This document shows, in pieces, positions 20,706 through 29,911 of a stretch of 50,598 nucleotides of DNA (position 1 is the stretch's first letter; each line of letters begins with the position of its first letter). Source of the DNA: an uncultured Solimonas sp. (lineage in GTDB: Bacteria; Pseudomonadota; Gammaproteobacteria; Nevskiales; Nevskiaceae); assembly GCA_966252075.1 (NCBI GenBank), contig CBINNP010000001.1, positions 1 to 50,598 of the forward strand, given 5' to 3'. The position numbers were made by a program, and so were the translations under genes. The notes below the pieces were generated by a model. It saw only the letters and a list, made by a program, of their open reading frames with translations. It ran no database searches and was not told the DNA's origin.

Positions 20706-23405
20706 ATGGCACCTATGAGCGATCACCCGTCGCGGGGCGTTGGCGTCGTCGAATCGCGCCTGAAGCCACCGGCTGCGCCCGCTGTCGAATTGCGCCGTCA
20801 TCCGCTGCGCGAGCGCCTGCTGGCCGGCGCGGACAAGGCCGGCGCGGTGGTGCTCCTGTGCGCACCGGCCGGCTACGGCAAGACCGTGCTGCTGCGGCAG
20901 TTGCGCGCCGAACTGCTCGGCCGCGCCCAGCTCGCGGTGTGGCTGAGCATCGACCCCCGCCATCAGGACCCGGCAGCCTTGCTGGCCTATTTGCAGGCGG
21001 CAGCCGGCGCCGCCGGCCTGCCGCTGCCGCCGACCGACAGCCTCGACGCGCTGCGCGTCGCGCGGGTCAACCACGCGGAGCGGCAGGGCGGCGGGGGGAA
21101 CCGGTTTTTCGACGAGCTGGAGCGGCTGCGCGATCCGGCGGCACTGGCCTTCATCGACGAACTGCTCGGCTCCGCCGGACCGATGCTGCGCGTGCTGCTC
21201 GGTTCAAGGCAGACCCCGCCCCTGCGTCTGGCCAAGCTGCTGGCCGCCGGCCGCCTGATCCAGCTCGGCCCCGAGGAGCTGGCCTTCAGCTTCGCCGAGA
21301 CCGGCGAGTTTCTGCTGCGCGCCGCCTCCGGCGCGATCGGCGTCGCCGGCCTCAACCTCGCCTACAACCACAGCCTCGGCTGGCCCGGTGTGCTGAAGAT
21401 CCTCGTGCAGTCGGCCGGCGGGCTGGAAGCGCGCCTGAAAGCCGGGCAGTGGTCGCGCGCAGAGCTGCACGCCTACTTCGAGCAGGAAGTCCTGGCCGGG
21501 CTGACGCCGGCCGAGCGCGAACTGGTGGACCTGCTGGCGCTGACGCCCGACGCCGACGCCGTCCTGCTGCAGCGGGTGCTGGGCCGCAGCGCGCCGCTGC
21601 AGCAGCTGGCGGCCCGCTGGCCGGCGATCCGCAAGGTCGACCCGGAGCGCTACGGCCTGCACCCGCTGCTGCAGCACTGCGTCGCCACCTCGCTGCAGCG
21701 CGACCATGCCGACCGCTACGTCAGCCATTGCCGCGCGCTGGCGGCGCACTACCGCGAGACCGGCGACTCCGCCCGCGCGATCGACTTGCTGATCGACAGC
21801 GGCGACCACGAAGCGGCGATCACCCTGCTGGAGAACGAAGGCCGGGCGATGACGCTCGACGGCATGCCGGACCGCTGCGTCGCCTGGATCGCGCGGCTGC
21901 CGCGGGCACGCTGCGACGAGCACCCCAATCTGCTGCTGGCGGAGGCCTGGGCGCACGTCGCCCTGCACGATGTCGATATCGCCCTGCAGCTATTGCGTCG
22001 CGCCGAGACGCTGCAACGGCTGGCCGCGCCGCAGCCGGTCGACGAGGCCTTCCGCGGCGAAGCCGAGATGATCCGCGCCACCGCGTACGCCATCGGCGAT
22101 GATCACGACGAGGCACTGGCCGCGGTCGAACGCATCCCTGCCGGTGCCGGCGGCATCAGCCGCGAGCTGCGTTCGCAACGGGCCAGCGTCTATGCCTGGC
22201 ACGAGTTCTGTAGCGGCCGCTTCACCGACGGCCTGCAGGCCCTGTTCGACGGCGCCTGCTTCGACGAGGAGCATCAGGGCCTGCTGTTCTATGTTTACTG
22301 CAGCGTCATCGGCGGCGAATGCTATGCCGGCCAGGGGCTGATCGAGGCCGCCGAGGACGAGTACCGCCGCTCGCTGAAGCGCGTCGAGCGGCTGCGTGGC
22401 CGCGAGGCGGCGCTGGCCGGCGTCGCTCTCGGCCCGCTGATCGACGTGCTCTACGAAACCGACCGCCTCGATGAAGCCCTGGCGCTGAGCGCCGGCCGCA
22501 CCGAACAGATCCTCAAGCTGCCGATGCCGGGTTCCAGCGGCGCCGGGCCGGTCTCGCTGGCGCTGGCGATGTTCCACCGCGGTGCCGCGCGCGAGGCTGA
22601 CGAGTTGCTGGAGCGGATGACGCGGCTCGGTGAAAAGCGCGGCATCGCCCGCGTCTGCGCGCACGCGCTGGCGGCGCGCATCTGGCTGGCGCTGCGCGGC
22701 CATCAGGCCGGCATGGTGCCGGCGCTGCTCGGCAGGCTGGGCGCCCTGGTGCAGGGCGGCGACATGCTCGGTTCGCCGGCCGGCATCGTCCGCTATCTGG
22801 CGCAGCTGGCGCTGCTGCGCACCCGCATCGCCGACGGCGAAGACCGCTCACTGCTGCCGCAGCTGAGCACGCTGCAGCATCAGGTGGATCTCAGCGGTCA
22901 CCGCCGCCTGCAGGTGCAGATACGCGCGCTGCATGCGGCCGTATGCTGGCGCAGCGGCCGTCACGATCGCGCAGTCGAACTGCTGAGCCGCGCCATCGTC
23001 ATGGGCCACGGCGCCAGGCTGATCCGCAGCATCGCCGACGAGATGGCGTTTGCCCCGCAGCTGATCGGCAGCGCCGATCTGTTCGCCGCCGTCGACCCGC
23101 CTTATCGCGCCTATCTGCAGCGCCTGATCGCCGCCGGCCTCGCGCCGGCGCCCGCCATCGCCAGCCCTACTCCGCCGGAGACGGCGGAAGGCCTGTCGGC
23201 CGACGAATCCGGCTTCACCGCACGCGAGCGCGAGATCCTCTACCTGATCGCGCGCGGCCTGGCCGCCAAGCACATCGCGCGCACGCTGGGCATCTCCACG
23301 CAGACCGCCAAGTGGCACCTGAAGAACATCTACCAGAAGCTCGGCGTGCACAGCCGGACGTCTGCCGTGGTGGCGATCCAGCGCCTGCAGCTGCGCGCGC
23401 CCTGA
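20706..23405 (+). CDS. MalT-like large ATP-binding LuxR regulator
   Basis: APAGYGKT P-loop, WLSID, LAFS..E, GWP, helical repeats, C-terminal FTAREREIL...IA..LGIS.QTAKWHLKNIYQKLGVHSR. Confidence 0.9.
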   Translation: MAPMSDHPSRGVGVVESRLKPPAAPAVELRRHPLRERLLAGADKAGAVVLLCAPAGYGKTVLLRQLRAELLGRAQLAVWLSIDPRHQDPAALLAYLQAAAGAAGLPLPPTDSLDALRVARVNHAERQGGGGNRFFDELERLRDPAALAFIDELLGSAGPMLRVLLGSRQTPPLRLAKLLAAGRLIQLGPEELAFSFAETGEFLLRAASGAIGVAGLNLAYNHSLGWPGVLKILVQSAGGLEARLKAGQWSRAELHAYFEQEVLAGLTPAERELVDLLALTPDADAVLLQRVLGRSAPLQQLAARWPAIRKVDPERYGLHPLLQHCVATSLQRDHADRYVSHCRALAAHYRETGDSARAIDLLIDSGDHEAAITLLENEGRAMTLDGMPDRCVAWIARLPRARCDEHPNLLLAEAWAHVALHDVDIALQLLRRAETLQRLAAPQPVDEAFRGEAEMIRATAYAIGDDHDEALAAVERIPAGAGGISRELRSQRASVYAWHEFCSGRFTDGLQALFDGACFDEEHQGLLFYVYCSVIGGECYAGQGLIEAAEDEYRRSLKRVERLRGREAALAGVALGPLIDVLYETDRLDEALALSAGRTEQILKLPMPGSSGAGPVSLALAMFHRGAAREADELLERMTRLGEKRGIARVCAHALAARIWLALRGHQAGMVPALLGRLGALVQGGDMLGSPAGIVRYLAQLALLRTRIADGEDRSLLPQLSTLQHQVDLSGHRRLQVQIRALHAAVCWRSGRHDRAVELLSRAIVMGHGARLIRSIADEMAFAPQLIGSADLFAAVDPPYRAYLQRLIAAGLAPAPAIASPTPPETAEGLSADESGFTAREREILYLIARGLAAKHIARTLGISTQTAKWHLKNIYQKLGVHSRTSAVVAIQRLQLRAP

Positions 23406-23476
23406 GCGCCGCCGGGTTCTTCGCGCGGCACGCTGTCTATACTCGGCGCAGCTGCCCTATCCGAGTTGCACGCCTT

Positions 23477-24028
23477 ATGAAGAATTCGTCGTTCTTCGCG
23501 CTGTGGCCCGATAACGCCGTGCGCATGGACCTGCGCGTGGCGTACAAGTCGGTGGTGGGCCGCCTGCCGGTGGGCGGCCGGCAGACGCTGGCGGCCAACT
23601 ACCATCTGCCGCTGGTGCGGCTCGGCGAGCTCGGGCCGACGCAGGAAGCCGCGGCGCGCGCAGCGGCGGATGGCGTCAGCGCCGCGCCGTTCGTGCTGCG
23701 GCTGGACATCGCCGCCAGCTCCGCGTGCGAGGCGCAGTGGTGGTTTGGCTCGCACGACAGCAGCTTTGCGCTGGCCGCCCTGCAGCGACAACTGCGCACG
23801 CGCCTGGCCCGCGCCGGCCTGCGCGACGACGACACCCCCTTTCATCCACGGGTGGACTTCCTGCACCAGGCGCTGCACGCGCTGCCCGAGCGGCGCATCG
23901 ACGCCGTGCACTGGCCGGTCTGCGCATTCGTGCTGGCGCGCCGCCTCAACAGCGCCGAAGGCCCGGTCGCGGTCGTCATCGGCCACTGGCCCCTGCAGGC
24001 CGCACAGAGAGTGCCGGCGCCCGCCTGA
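23477..24028 (+). CDS. 2H phosphoesterase (ThpR/LigT)-like protein with degenerate catalytic motifs
   Basis: FFALWPD, NYHLPLVRLG, PFVLRLD, PFHPRVDF, WPV.AFVL, IGHWPL follow the ThpR layout. Confidence 0.75.
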   Translation: MKNSSFFALWPDNAVRMDLRVAYKSVVGRLPVGGRQTLAANYHLPLVRLGELGPTQEAAARAAADGVSAAPFVLRLDIAASSACEAQWWFGSHDSSFALAALQRQLRTRLARAGLRDDDTPFHPRVDFLHQALHALPERRIDAVHWPVCAFVLARRLNSAEGPVAVVIGHWPLQAAQRVPAPA

Positions 24029-24043
24029 GGCGCGGCGGGCCGC

Positions 24044-25435
24044 TCAGCGGATCACCACGCCCTCCTCGTCGTCGCGCCGCTGCCCTGGACTGAGGCTGTC
24101 GCGGACGAACTTGATATGGCGGCGCAGCACGTAGATCTGATCGGCGAAGGCGCCCGGCACCTTGAGCGCGATGATGGTCTTCTCGATCTGCGCGAGCCTT
24201 TCGAGCAGGACGATGCGCTGTTCCGCCGTCACCGGCTCCAGCACCGCGCGCTCCAGCGCCATCAACTCGCCGTAGAGCTTGTAGATGCGCCGGCGGATGC
24301 GCCAGCCATAAAGGTATGGCGCGAAGCGCAGGCCCGGAATCAGCACCACCAGCAGCGGCACCAGCACCACCGCCGCGCGGTTGACCAGGCTGGCGAGCCA
24401 GAACGGCATGAAGCGGTACGCGAAGCCCTTGCCGGACTTGTAGAAGCGCGCGGCGTCCGGATGCATCGGGTAATCGTGCTCGATGGCGTGCGGGAACTCG
24501 CCGGGGTTCTGCATCAGTGTGCCGCGCCCATGCACCTCCTGCGCCGCCTCGACCAGCAGGTCCGACAGCGCCGGATGCAGGTCGCCGTGCGCGAGCAGCT
24601 CCACGGTCGGCGCCATCATGGTGATCTCCTGTTCGGGCAGGTTGGCGCCGAGATCGAAGGCGCCGGGCGGCAGCTGGAAGCGGTTGAGATAGCGGAAGCG
24701 CCGCTCATAGGCGGCGCCCTGGACGAAGTCGTACAGGCGGATGCCGTCGCTGTGCAGCAGATCGCGCAGCATGCCGATGCTGGCCGTGTCACCGGACAGG
24801 AAGATGGCGTCGACCTGGCGCGCCAGCAGGGCGGCGCTGGCTGCCGAAGCTTCGAGCTCGACGAACTGCGTGCCGTCGCCGGGCTCCACGCCATTGGCCT
24901 TGAGCAGCTCCAGCGCCAGCACCCGCGTGCCGCTGCCGTCGCGGCCCGCGGAGATGCGCATGCCCTCGAGTTCCGACAGCCGCGTGATCGGCCGGGCGGC
25001 GCGGTAGAAGATCAGTACCGGCTGGCGGAACATCGTGCCCAGCGACACCACATCGTCCGTGCCGCCCTGTCGCGTCACGCCGGACTGCACCAGCGCGATA
25101 TCGACCCGGCGTTCGGCGAGCAGATCGAGGTTGTCCGCGGAGCCCTTGGATGGCAGCAGCTGCAGCTCGATGCCGCTGCGCGCGAGGATCTGCTGATACT
25201 GCGCCGCCACCGTGCGGAAATTGCTGTTTTCCGGGCCGCTGGCCATCACCAGATGCAGCGGCGGCGCCGGCCGCACGAAGCGCAGCGTGAAGACGATGGC
25301 CAGCACGCTGATCAGCACGATCGGCGCCAGCGTCGCCAGCGCGTCGCGCCACGACACCAGCGACACCGGCCGCAGGCTCAGCAGGCGCCGCGCCGTCTCG
25401 ATCTTCTTCTGCCTGGCCTTGCCGTTCTCGCTCAA
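24044..25435 (-). CDS. TAXI-family solute-binding protein with N- and C-terminal membrane segments
   Basis: PAPP, SKGSADNL, DIALVQSG, GRDGSGT, DLHPAL; TTG start with GAGGG RBS. Confidence 0.8.
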   Translation of the reverse strand: MSENGKARQKKIETARRLLSLRPVSLVSWRDALATLAPIVLISVLAIVFTLRFVRPAPPLHLVMASGPENSNFRTVAAQYQQILARSGIELQLLPSKGSADNLDLLAERRVDIALVQSGVTRQGGTDDVVSLGTMFRQPVLIFYRAARPITRLSELEGMRISAGRDGSGTRVLALELLKANGVEPGDGTQFVELEASAASAALLARQVDAIFLSGDTASIGMLRDLLHSDGIRLYDFVQGAAYERRFRYLNRFQLPPGAFDLGANLPEQEITMMAPTVELLAHGDLHPALSDLLVEAAQEVHGRGTLMQNPGEFPHAIEHDYPMHPDAARFYKSGKGFAYRFMPFWLASLVNRAAVVLVPLLVVLIPGLRFAPYLYGWRIRRRIYKLYGELMALERAVLEPVTAEQRIVLLERLAQIEKTIIALKVPGAFADQIYVLRRHIKFVRDSLSPGQRRDDEEGVVIR

Positions 25436-25507
25436 GCGTCTGCCCTCGATGGTCCAGCTGGAATGCGCCCCCGGCCGCGCGCGGCCGGCCGATAGAATAC
25501 GGCGCAA

Positions 25508-26065
25508 ATGACGACTCTCATCAGCGCCAGAACCAAGAAGCAGGTCCGCCAGTTTGCCGCCCTGAGCCTCGAACAGTTCCGCGCCGGCATCGACGCCGGC
25601 AATCCGGCGCAGACACCGCTGCCGACGCTCAACTTGAAGATGCATTCGGGGCTCACCGCCTCGGTGCCGCATCCGGAATACGTGCACGGCCCCGGCCATG
25701 CGCTGGCATTGCAACGCGTCATCCAGAAGCTGCAGCCCGCCATGTACGCCTTCGTCGTCGACATCCGCAGCCAGGCGCCGAAAACGCAGTTCGGCATCCT
25801 GGTCAGCGCCGCGGTACCGGATTGGGACGCGTCGATCGCGCAGATCTACAGCCTCGATGCCGGCCAGCTGCGGATCGTGTCGACGCTGGAGGGCGATAGC
25901 GACGGCGAGCGCCGCGCCGCACTGACGGTACTGCCAAACATGTTCGCGCCGATCGCTGCGACGCTGCCCGAGGAACTGCGCCAGACCGTGGAGACCTATT
26001 CCGACGATCTGGTCGCCCAGCTGCTGCCGCAGCTGCGCAGCAGCACGACCGCCTCGCTGCACTGA
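25508..26065 (+). CDS. hypothetical protein (185 aa)
   Basis: Fills the gap between neighbours, natural composition, G/C-ending codons, TAGAAT just upstream. Confidence 0.7.
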   Translation: MTTLISARTKKQVRQFAALSLEQFRAGIDAGNPAQTPLPTLNLKMHSGLTASVPHPEYVHGPGHALALQRVIQKLQPAMYAFVVDIRSQAPKTQFGILVSAAVPDWDASIAQIYSLDAGQLRIVSTLEGDSDGERRAALTVLPNMFAPIAATLPEELRQTVETYSDDLVAQLLPQLRSSTTASLH

Positions 26066-26110
26066 CAGCCGTCTAGCGCCGGCGCCCGGCTGCAACGGCG
26101 ACGAGCGCCG

Positions 26111-26959
26111 CTACGCCAGCGCCTCGATCTGCCAGCAGGCGGCGACGAAGCGCACGCTCTGGCCGTCCACGAACGGGACGAACGCGGCACGCACGGCCGC
26201 CAGCACCCGCTCGCGCAGCGCCGGCTGCAGGCGCGGCAGGACCTGGGCCAGCGACCCCATGCGGCAGAGGTAGTCCTCCAGCCCGGCGGCGGCAAAACGA
26301 CACTCGGCGTCGACCGGCCGGATGGTCACCTGGCGCCAGCCGGCATCGTCGAGAATGCGGCGCACGCGATCGCCATCGGCGAACGCGAACTGCCCCGGCG
26401 CATCCGCTGCGCGGATCGGGTAGTCGTCGATCAGCGGTGCCGCCGCCTGCTCGGCGGCCGTCATGAAAGCGTTGTGCTGCGGGCCGCGCCAGGCATACAG
26501 ATGCAGCGACGCCGCCGGCCGCGCCGCCTGTCGCAGCCGGCTGAAGGCCTGCCGCGGATCGTCGAAGAACATCACCCCGAAGCGCGAGACGATGCGATCG
26601 ATGCTCTGCGGCGCAAACGGGTGGTGCTGCGCGTCGGCGCAGACGAATCGCAGCGGCAGCTCGCCGCTGTTGCGGCGTGCCGACTCGATCATCGGCGCCG
26701 AGATATCCACGCCGGTGCACAGCCCGCCGGCGCCAAGCCGGCGCGCCACCGCCCGCGTGGTGCTGCCGGTGCCGCAGCCCAGGTCGAGCACCTGCCCGCT
26801 ATAGCCCTGCGGCACACTGTGCGCCAGCCGCTGCTCGAACGGCGCGAACATCTCATCGAGCAGCGGCTGCAGATCGGTCCAGGCACGGCCGGCCGTGCCG
26901 TTCCACAACTGCGATTGCGCGGTGTTCATCGTCTCGATGGGGTTCTCGATGGGGTTCAT
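26111..26959 (-). CDS. class I SAM-dependent methyltransferase
   Basis: VLDLGCGTG, GVDIS, ADAQ, SRFGVMFFDDP. Confidence 0.9.
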   Translation of the reverse strand: MNPIENPIETMNTAQSQLWNGTAGRAWTDLQPLLDEMFAPFEQRLAHSVPQGYSGQVLDLGCGTGSTTRAVARRLGAGGLCTGVDISAPMIESARRNSGELPLRFVCADAQHHPFAPQSIDRIVSRFGVMFFDDPRQAFSRLRQAARPAASLHLYAWRGPQHNAFMTAAEQAAAPLIDDYPIRAADAPGQFAFADGDRVRRILDDAGWRQVTIRPVDAECRFAAAGLEDYLCRMGSLAQVLPRLQPALRERVLAAVRAAFVPFVDGQSVRFVAACWQIEALA

Positions 26960-26995
26960 GTCGTGCCCGGCTTGCTTGAGGAAGTGCGTGACGGC

Positions 26996-27026
26996 ACTGT
27001 GCCCGCTCAAGCCGACTTGAGGTCAA
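26996..27026 (-). promoter_or_regulatory. MerR-type promoter/operator for the methyltransferase gene
   Basis: TTGACC-19 bp-CACAGT with dyad CTCAAG-N4-CTTGAG in the spacer. Confidence 0.8.
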
Positions 27027-27053
27027 GGGGCGCGGCGTGGCGAGGCCAATGGC

Positions 27054-27488
27054 GTGAATGATCTGGATATCGCGGAGGTGATGCGCCGCTCGGGGCTGCC
27101 GGCATCGACACTGCGTTACTACGAGGCTCGCGGCCTGATCCGCGCCAGCGGCCGCCGCGGCCTGCGCCGCTCGTTTTCCGAGGCGGTGCTGCAGCGGCTG
27201 GCCCTCATCGCGCTCGGCCGCGCCGCCGGCTTCTCGCTCGACGAGATCGGCGGCATGTTCGACGCCGATGGCACGCTCAGCATCGACCGGTCGATGCTGC
27301 TGGCCAAGGCCGATGCGCTCGATGCGAGCATCCGCAAGCTGACGACGATGCGCGACGGACTGCGGCATGCGGCGGCCTGCCAGGCGCCGAGCCATCTGCA
27401 ATGTCCGAGCTTTCAGCGCATCGTCCGCGCGGCGGGGGCCGGCGCCCTCGATACGCGGCGCAAGACGCGCAGTGGGCAGCAGGGCTAG
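27054..27488 (+). CDS. MerR family regulator
   Basis: LDIAEV..RSGLPASTLRYYE..GLI, GFSLDEI, C-terminal CQAPSHLQCP. Confidence 0.92.
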   Translation: MNDLDIAEVMRRSGLPASTLRYYEARGLIRASGRRGLRRSFSEAVLQRLALIALGRAAGFSLDEIGGMFDADGTLSIDRSMLLAKADALDASIRKLTTMRDGLRHAAACQAPSHLQCPSFQRIVRAAGAGALDTRRKTRSGQQG

Positions 27489-28213
27489 CCCAGATCCAGC
27501 TCAGGGTAGTGCCGGAACAGGCCGGTCTGGTTGAACGCCAGCCGCCGCGGTGATTGCAGATAGGCCTGGATACGCGGCAGCGTGCGTACCTGCTCGTGCA
27601 GCGCCATCACCTGCGGCCACTGCGCTTCGCGGCGCTGCATCGTCCGCGGAAACGCATAGCGCAGACCCTCGATGAGCTGGAACAGCGACAGATCCGCGTA
27701 GCTCAGCGTCTTGCCGACCAGATGCGGGGCCCTGTGGCGCTTGCGCGCCAGCACGCCCTCGAAGTAGTCGAAGAACTTGGCGATGCGGTTCTGGGTGAAA
27801 TCCTGCGCGCGTCGCCGCGCTTCCGGCCGCTGATCCTCGTAGTACTGCATCACGCTGATCGGATGGTGGCTGTCATGCGCCTCGGCGACCGCGTCGGCGA
27901 TGGTCAGTTGCAGTTGCTGGGTCCAGAGACGGTCGGCCGCATGGCGCGACACCAGCCCCAGCCGCGGACCCAGAAACTGCAGGATGCTGGCAGTCTGCCC
28001 GATCAGCTGCCGCCCGGCCTTCAGATAGGGCGGCGCGAACGGCGGCCGCGCGACATCGCCGTCCTGCAGGTAGCGCATCAGCGCCGGCTCGCCGCAGCCG
28101 TCCGCCGCGGCGTTGCCGACGTCGAGGTAATCCGCGCCGCCGGCTTCCAGCGCCAGCCGCACGAATTCACCGCGGCCCTGGATGCCCGGCCAGTAATAGA
28201 GTTCGTAGCGCAT
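27485..28213 (-). CDS. glutathione S-transferase
   Basis: YYWPGIQGRGEFVRLALE, FAPPYL, GQTASIL, LSYADLSLF. Confidence 0.88.
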   Translation of the reverse strand: MRYELYYWPGIQGRGEFVRLALEAGGADYLDVGNAAADGCGEPALMRYLQDGDVARPPFAPPYLKAGRQLIGQTASILQFLGPRLGLVSRHAADRLWTQQLQLTIADAVAEAHDSHHPISVMQYYEDQRPEARRRAQDFTQNRIAKFFDYFEGVLARKRHRAPHLVGKTLSYADLSLFQLIEGLRYAFPRTMQRREAQWPQVMALHEQVRTLPRIQAYLQSPRRLAFNQTGLFRHYPELDLG

Positions 28214-28288
28214 CGACGCTCCTGCCATTCGCGATGAGTCCGGCAGCTTATCCGCCCATCGCTGAACAGCGCCCGGCCCGGCGCGCGA

Positions 28289-29167
28289 TCAGAGGCGCTG
28301 CGCCTGCCGCGCCCGGCCGGCGGCCAGCCGGGCCCTAAGCCTTGTGGCGAGATGGACGAGCAGCACCTGATAGCGCGCGGCGAACACACGCACCAGCATG
28401 TCGAGAAAGCGCGCGTCGCGGCCGACCAGCACGCGGCGCCGGTTGCGCGCGGCGCCGTCGAGGATCTGCCGCGCCGCCGCCTGCGGTGTCGTGCCGCGCA
28501 GCATCTGGTTCCAGCGCTGCCTGAGCAGATCCACCGATTCGCCGGTGAGACGCTGCACATCCGGATCGACCCGGCCGTGATCGGCGAACGCGGTCGACAC
28601 GCCGCCCGGATGCACGCAAGTGGCGCTGAGTGGGCCGCCTTCCATGTCCAGCTCCATGCGCAAGGCCTCGGTGTAGCCGCGCACCGCGAATTTCGAAGCG
28701 TTGTACGGGCTGCGTGTCGGCATGGCCATCAGCCCGTACAGGCTCGAGATGTTGACGACGTGGCCTTGTCCGGAGGCACGCAGATGCGGCAGGAAGGCCT
28801 GCGTGCCGTGGACGACGCCCCAGAAGTTGATGTTCATCGCCCACTCGAAATCCTCGATGCGGACCGTCTCGGCCAGGGCGGTGAAGCCGACGCCGGCGTT
28901 GTTGAACAGCCAGTGGACATGCCCGTGCTCGCGCACCACCGCCGCCGCCCAGCCGAACACCGCCGCGCGATCGCTGACGTCGACGACCGCCGTGCTGATC
29001 CTCACGCCGCTGGGGGCGAGATGGCTCGCGGTGCGCGCCAGCTCGGCCGCGTTGATGTCGGCCAGCGCCAGGTGGCAGCCCCGTCGCGCCAGCTCCTCGG
29101 CCAGCGCCCTGCCCATGCCCGAGGCCGCGCCCGTGACGGCGGCCACTCGTTGCGAGAATGCTTTCAT
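28289..29167 (-). CDS. short-chain dehydrogenase/reductase
   Basis: TGAASGMG, NNAGV, NISS, YNASK; ATG at 29167. Confidence 0.9.
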   Translation of the reverse strand: MKAFSQRVAAVTGAASGMGRALAEELARRGCHLALADINAAELARTASHLAPSGVRISTAVVDVSDRAAVFGWAAAVVREHGHVHWLFNNAGVGFTALAETVRIEDFEWAMNINFWGVVHGTQAFLPHLRASGQGHVVNISSLYGLMAMPTRSPYNASKFAVRGYTEALRMELDMEGGPLSATCVHPGGVSTAFADHGRVDPDVQRLTGESVDLLRQRWNQMLRGTTPQAAARQILDGAARNRRRVLVGRDARFLDMLVRVFAARYQVLLVHLATRLRARLAAGRARQAQRL

Positions 29168-29335
29168 CCTTGTCCCCCGACATCCCGGCTGCCCCCGCAG
29201 CTGGCGCTGAGTATGCCGGGACCGAGGCCGCCGCGAACGGGCGCGGTTGCCGCGCCGGCCCGTGCAGGCAGGGCGCTGACTTAGAATGACCGCCGACCGC
29301 GCCCGCGCGGCCCCTCCCCAACTGGCGATCCTGTC

Positions 29336-29887
29336 TTGAACCCTATCGATCCCGTTGAAGCCGCTGTCCGGCGCTGGCTGGAGACCGTGGTCATCGGCCT
29401 CAATCTCTGCCCGTTCTCGGCACAGCCGTTCCGCAGCGGACGCGTGCGCATCCACGTCAGTGACTGCACCGACGAGATCGGGCTGCTGACCGAGCTGCAG
29501 CTGGAACTGGCGCGCCTGGATGAAACGCCGGTCGGCCAGCTCGAGACCACGATCATCGCGATTCCGCGGATGCTCGGCGATTTTCTCGATTACAACGACT
29601 TCCTCGATCAGGTCGACGCCCTGCTCGACCAGTTCGAATGGAGCGGCGCCTACCAGGTGGCCAGCTTCCACCCGCAGTACCAGTTCGACGGCACGCAGGC
29701 CGACGACATCGAGAACTTCACCAACCGCTCGCCGGTGCCGCTGCTGCACCTGCTGCGCGAAGACAGTGTCGAGGCCGCGCTGGACCATCACCCCGACGCC
29801 GACAGCATTCCGCAGGCCAACATCCAGCGCATGCGCGAACTGACGCCGGAGCAGCGCCGCGCGCTCTTCGATCCGGAGCCGCAGTAG
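29336..29887 (+). CDS. DUF1415 family protein
   Basis: WLETVVIGLNLCPF, ETT, QVASFHP, NFTNRSP..LHLLRE. Confidence 0.88.
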   Translation: MNPIDPVEAAVRRWLETVVIGLNLCPFSAQPFRSGRVRIHVSDCTDEIGLLTELQLELARLDETPVGQLETTIIAIPRMLGDFLDYNDFLDQVDALLDQFEWSGAYQVASFHPQYQFDGTQADDIENFTNRSPVPLLHLLREDSVEAALDHHPDADSIPQANIQRMRELTPEQRRALFDPEPQ

Positions 29888-29911
29888 CGGCCGCAGCGCC
29901 GCCGCGCAGAG

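Noticed and set aside
26933-26957. 12-bp tandem duplication (NPIE-NPIE) at the methyltransferase start
   Set aside because: Only two in-frame copies; no sign of phase variation
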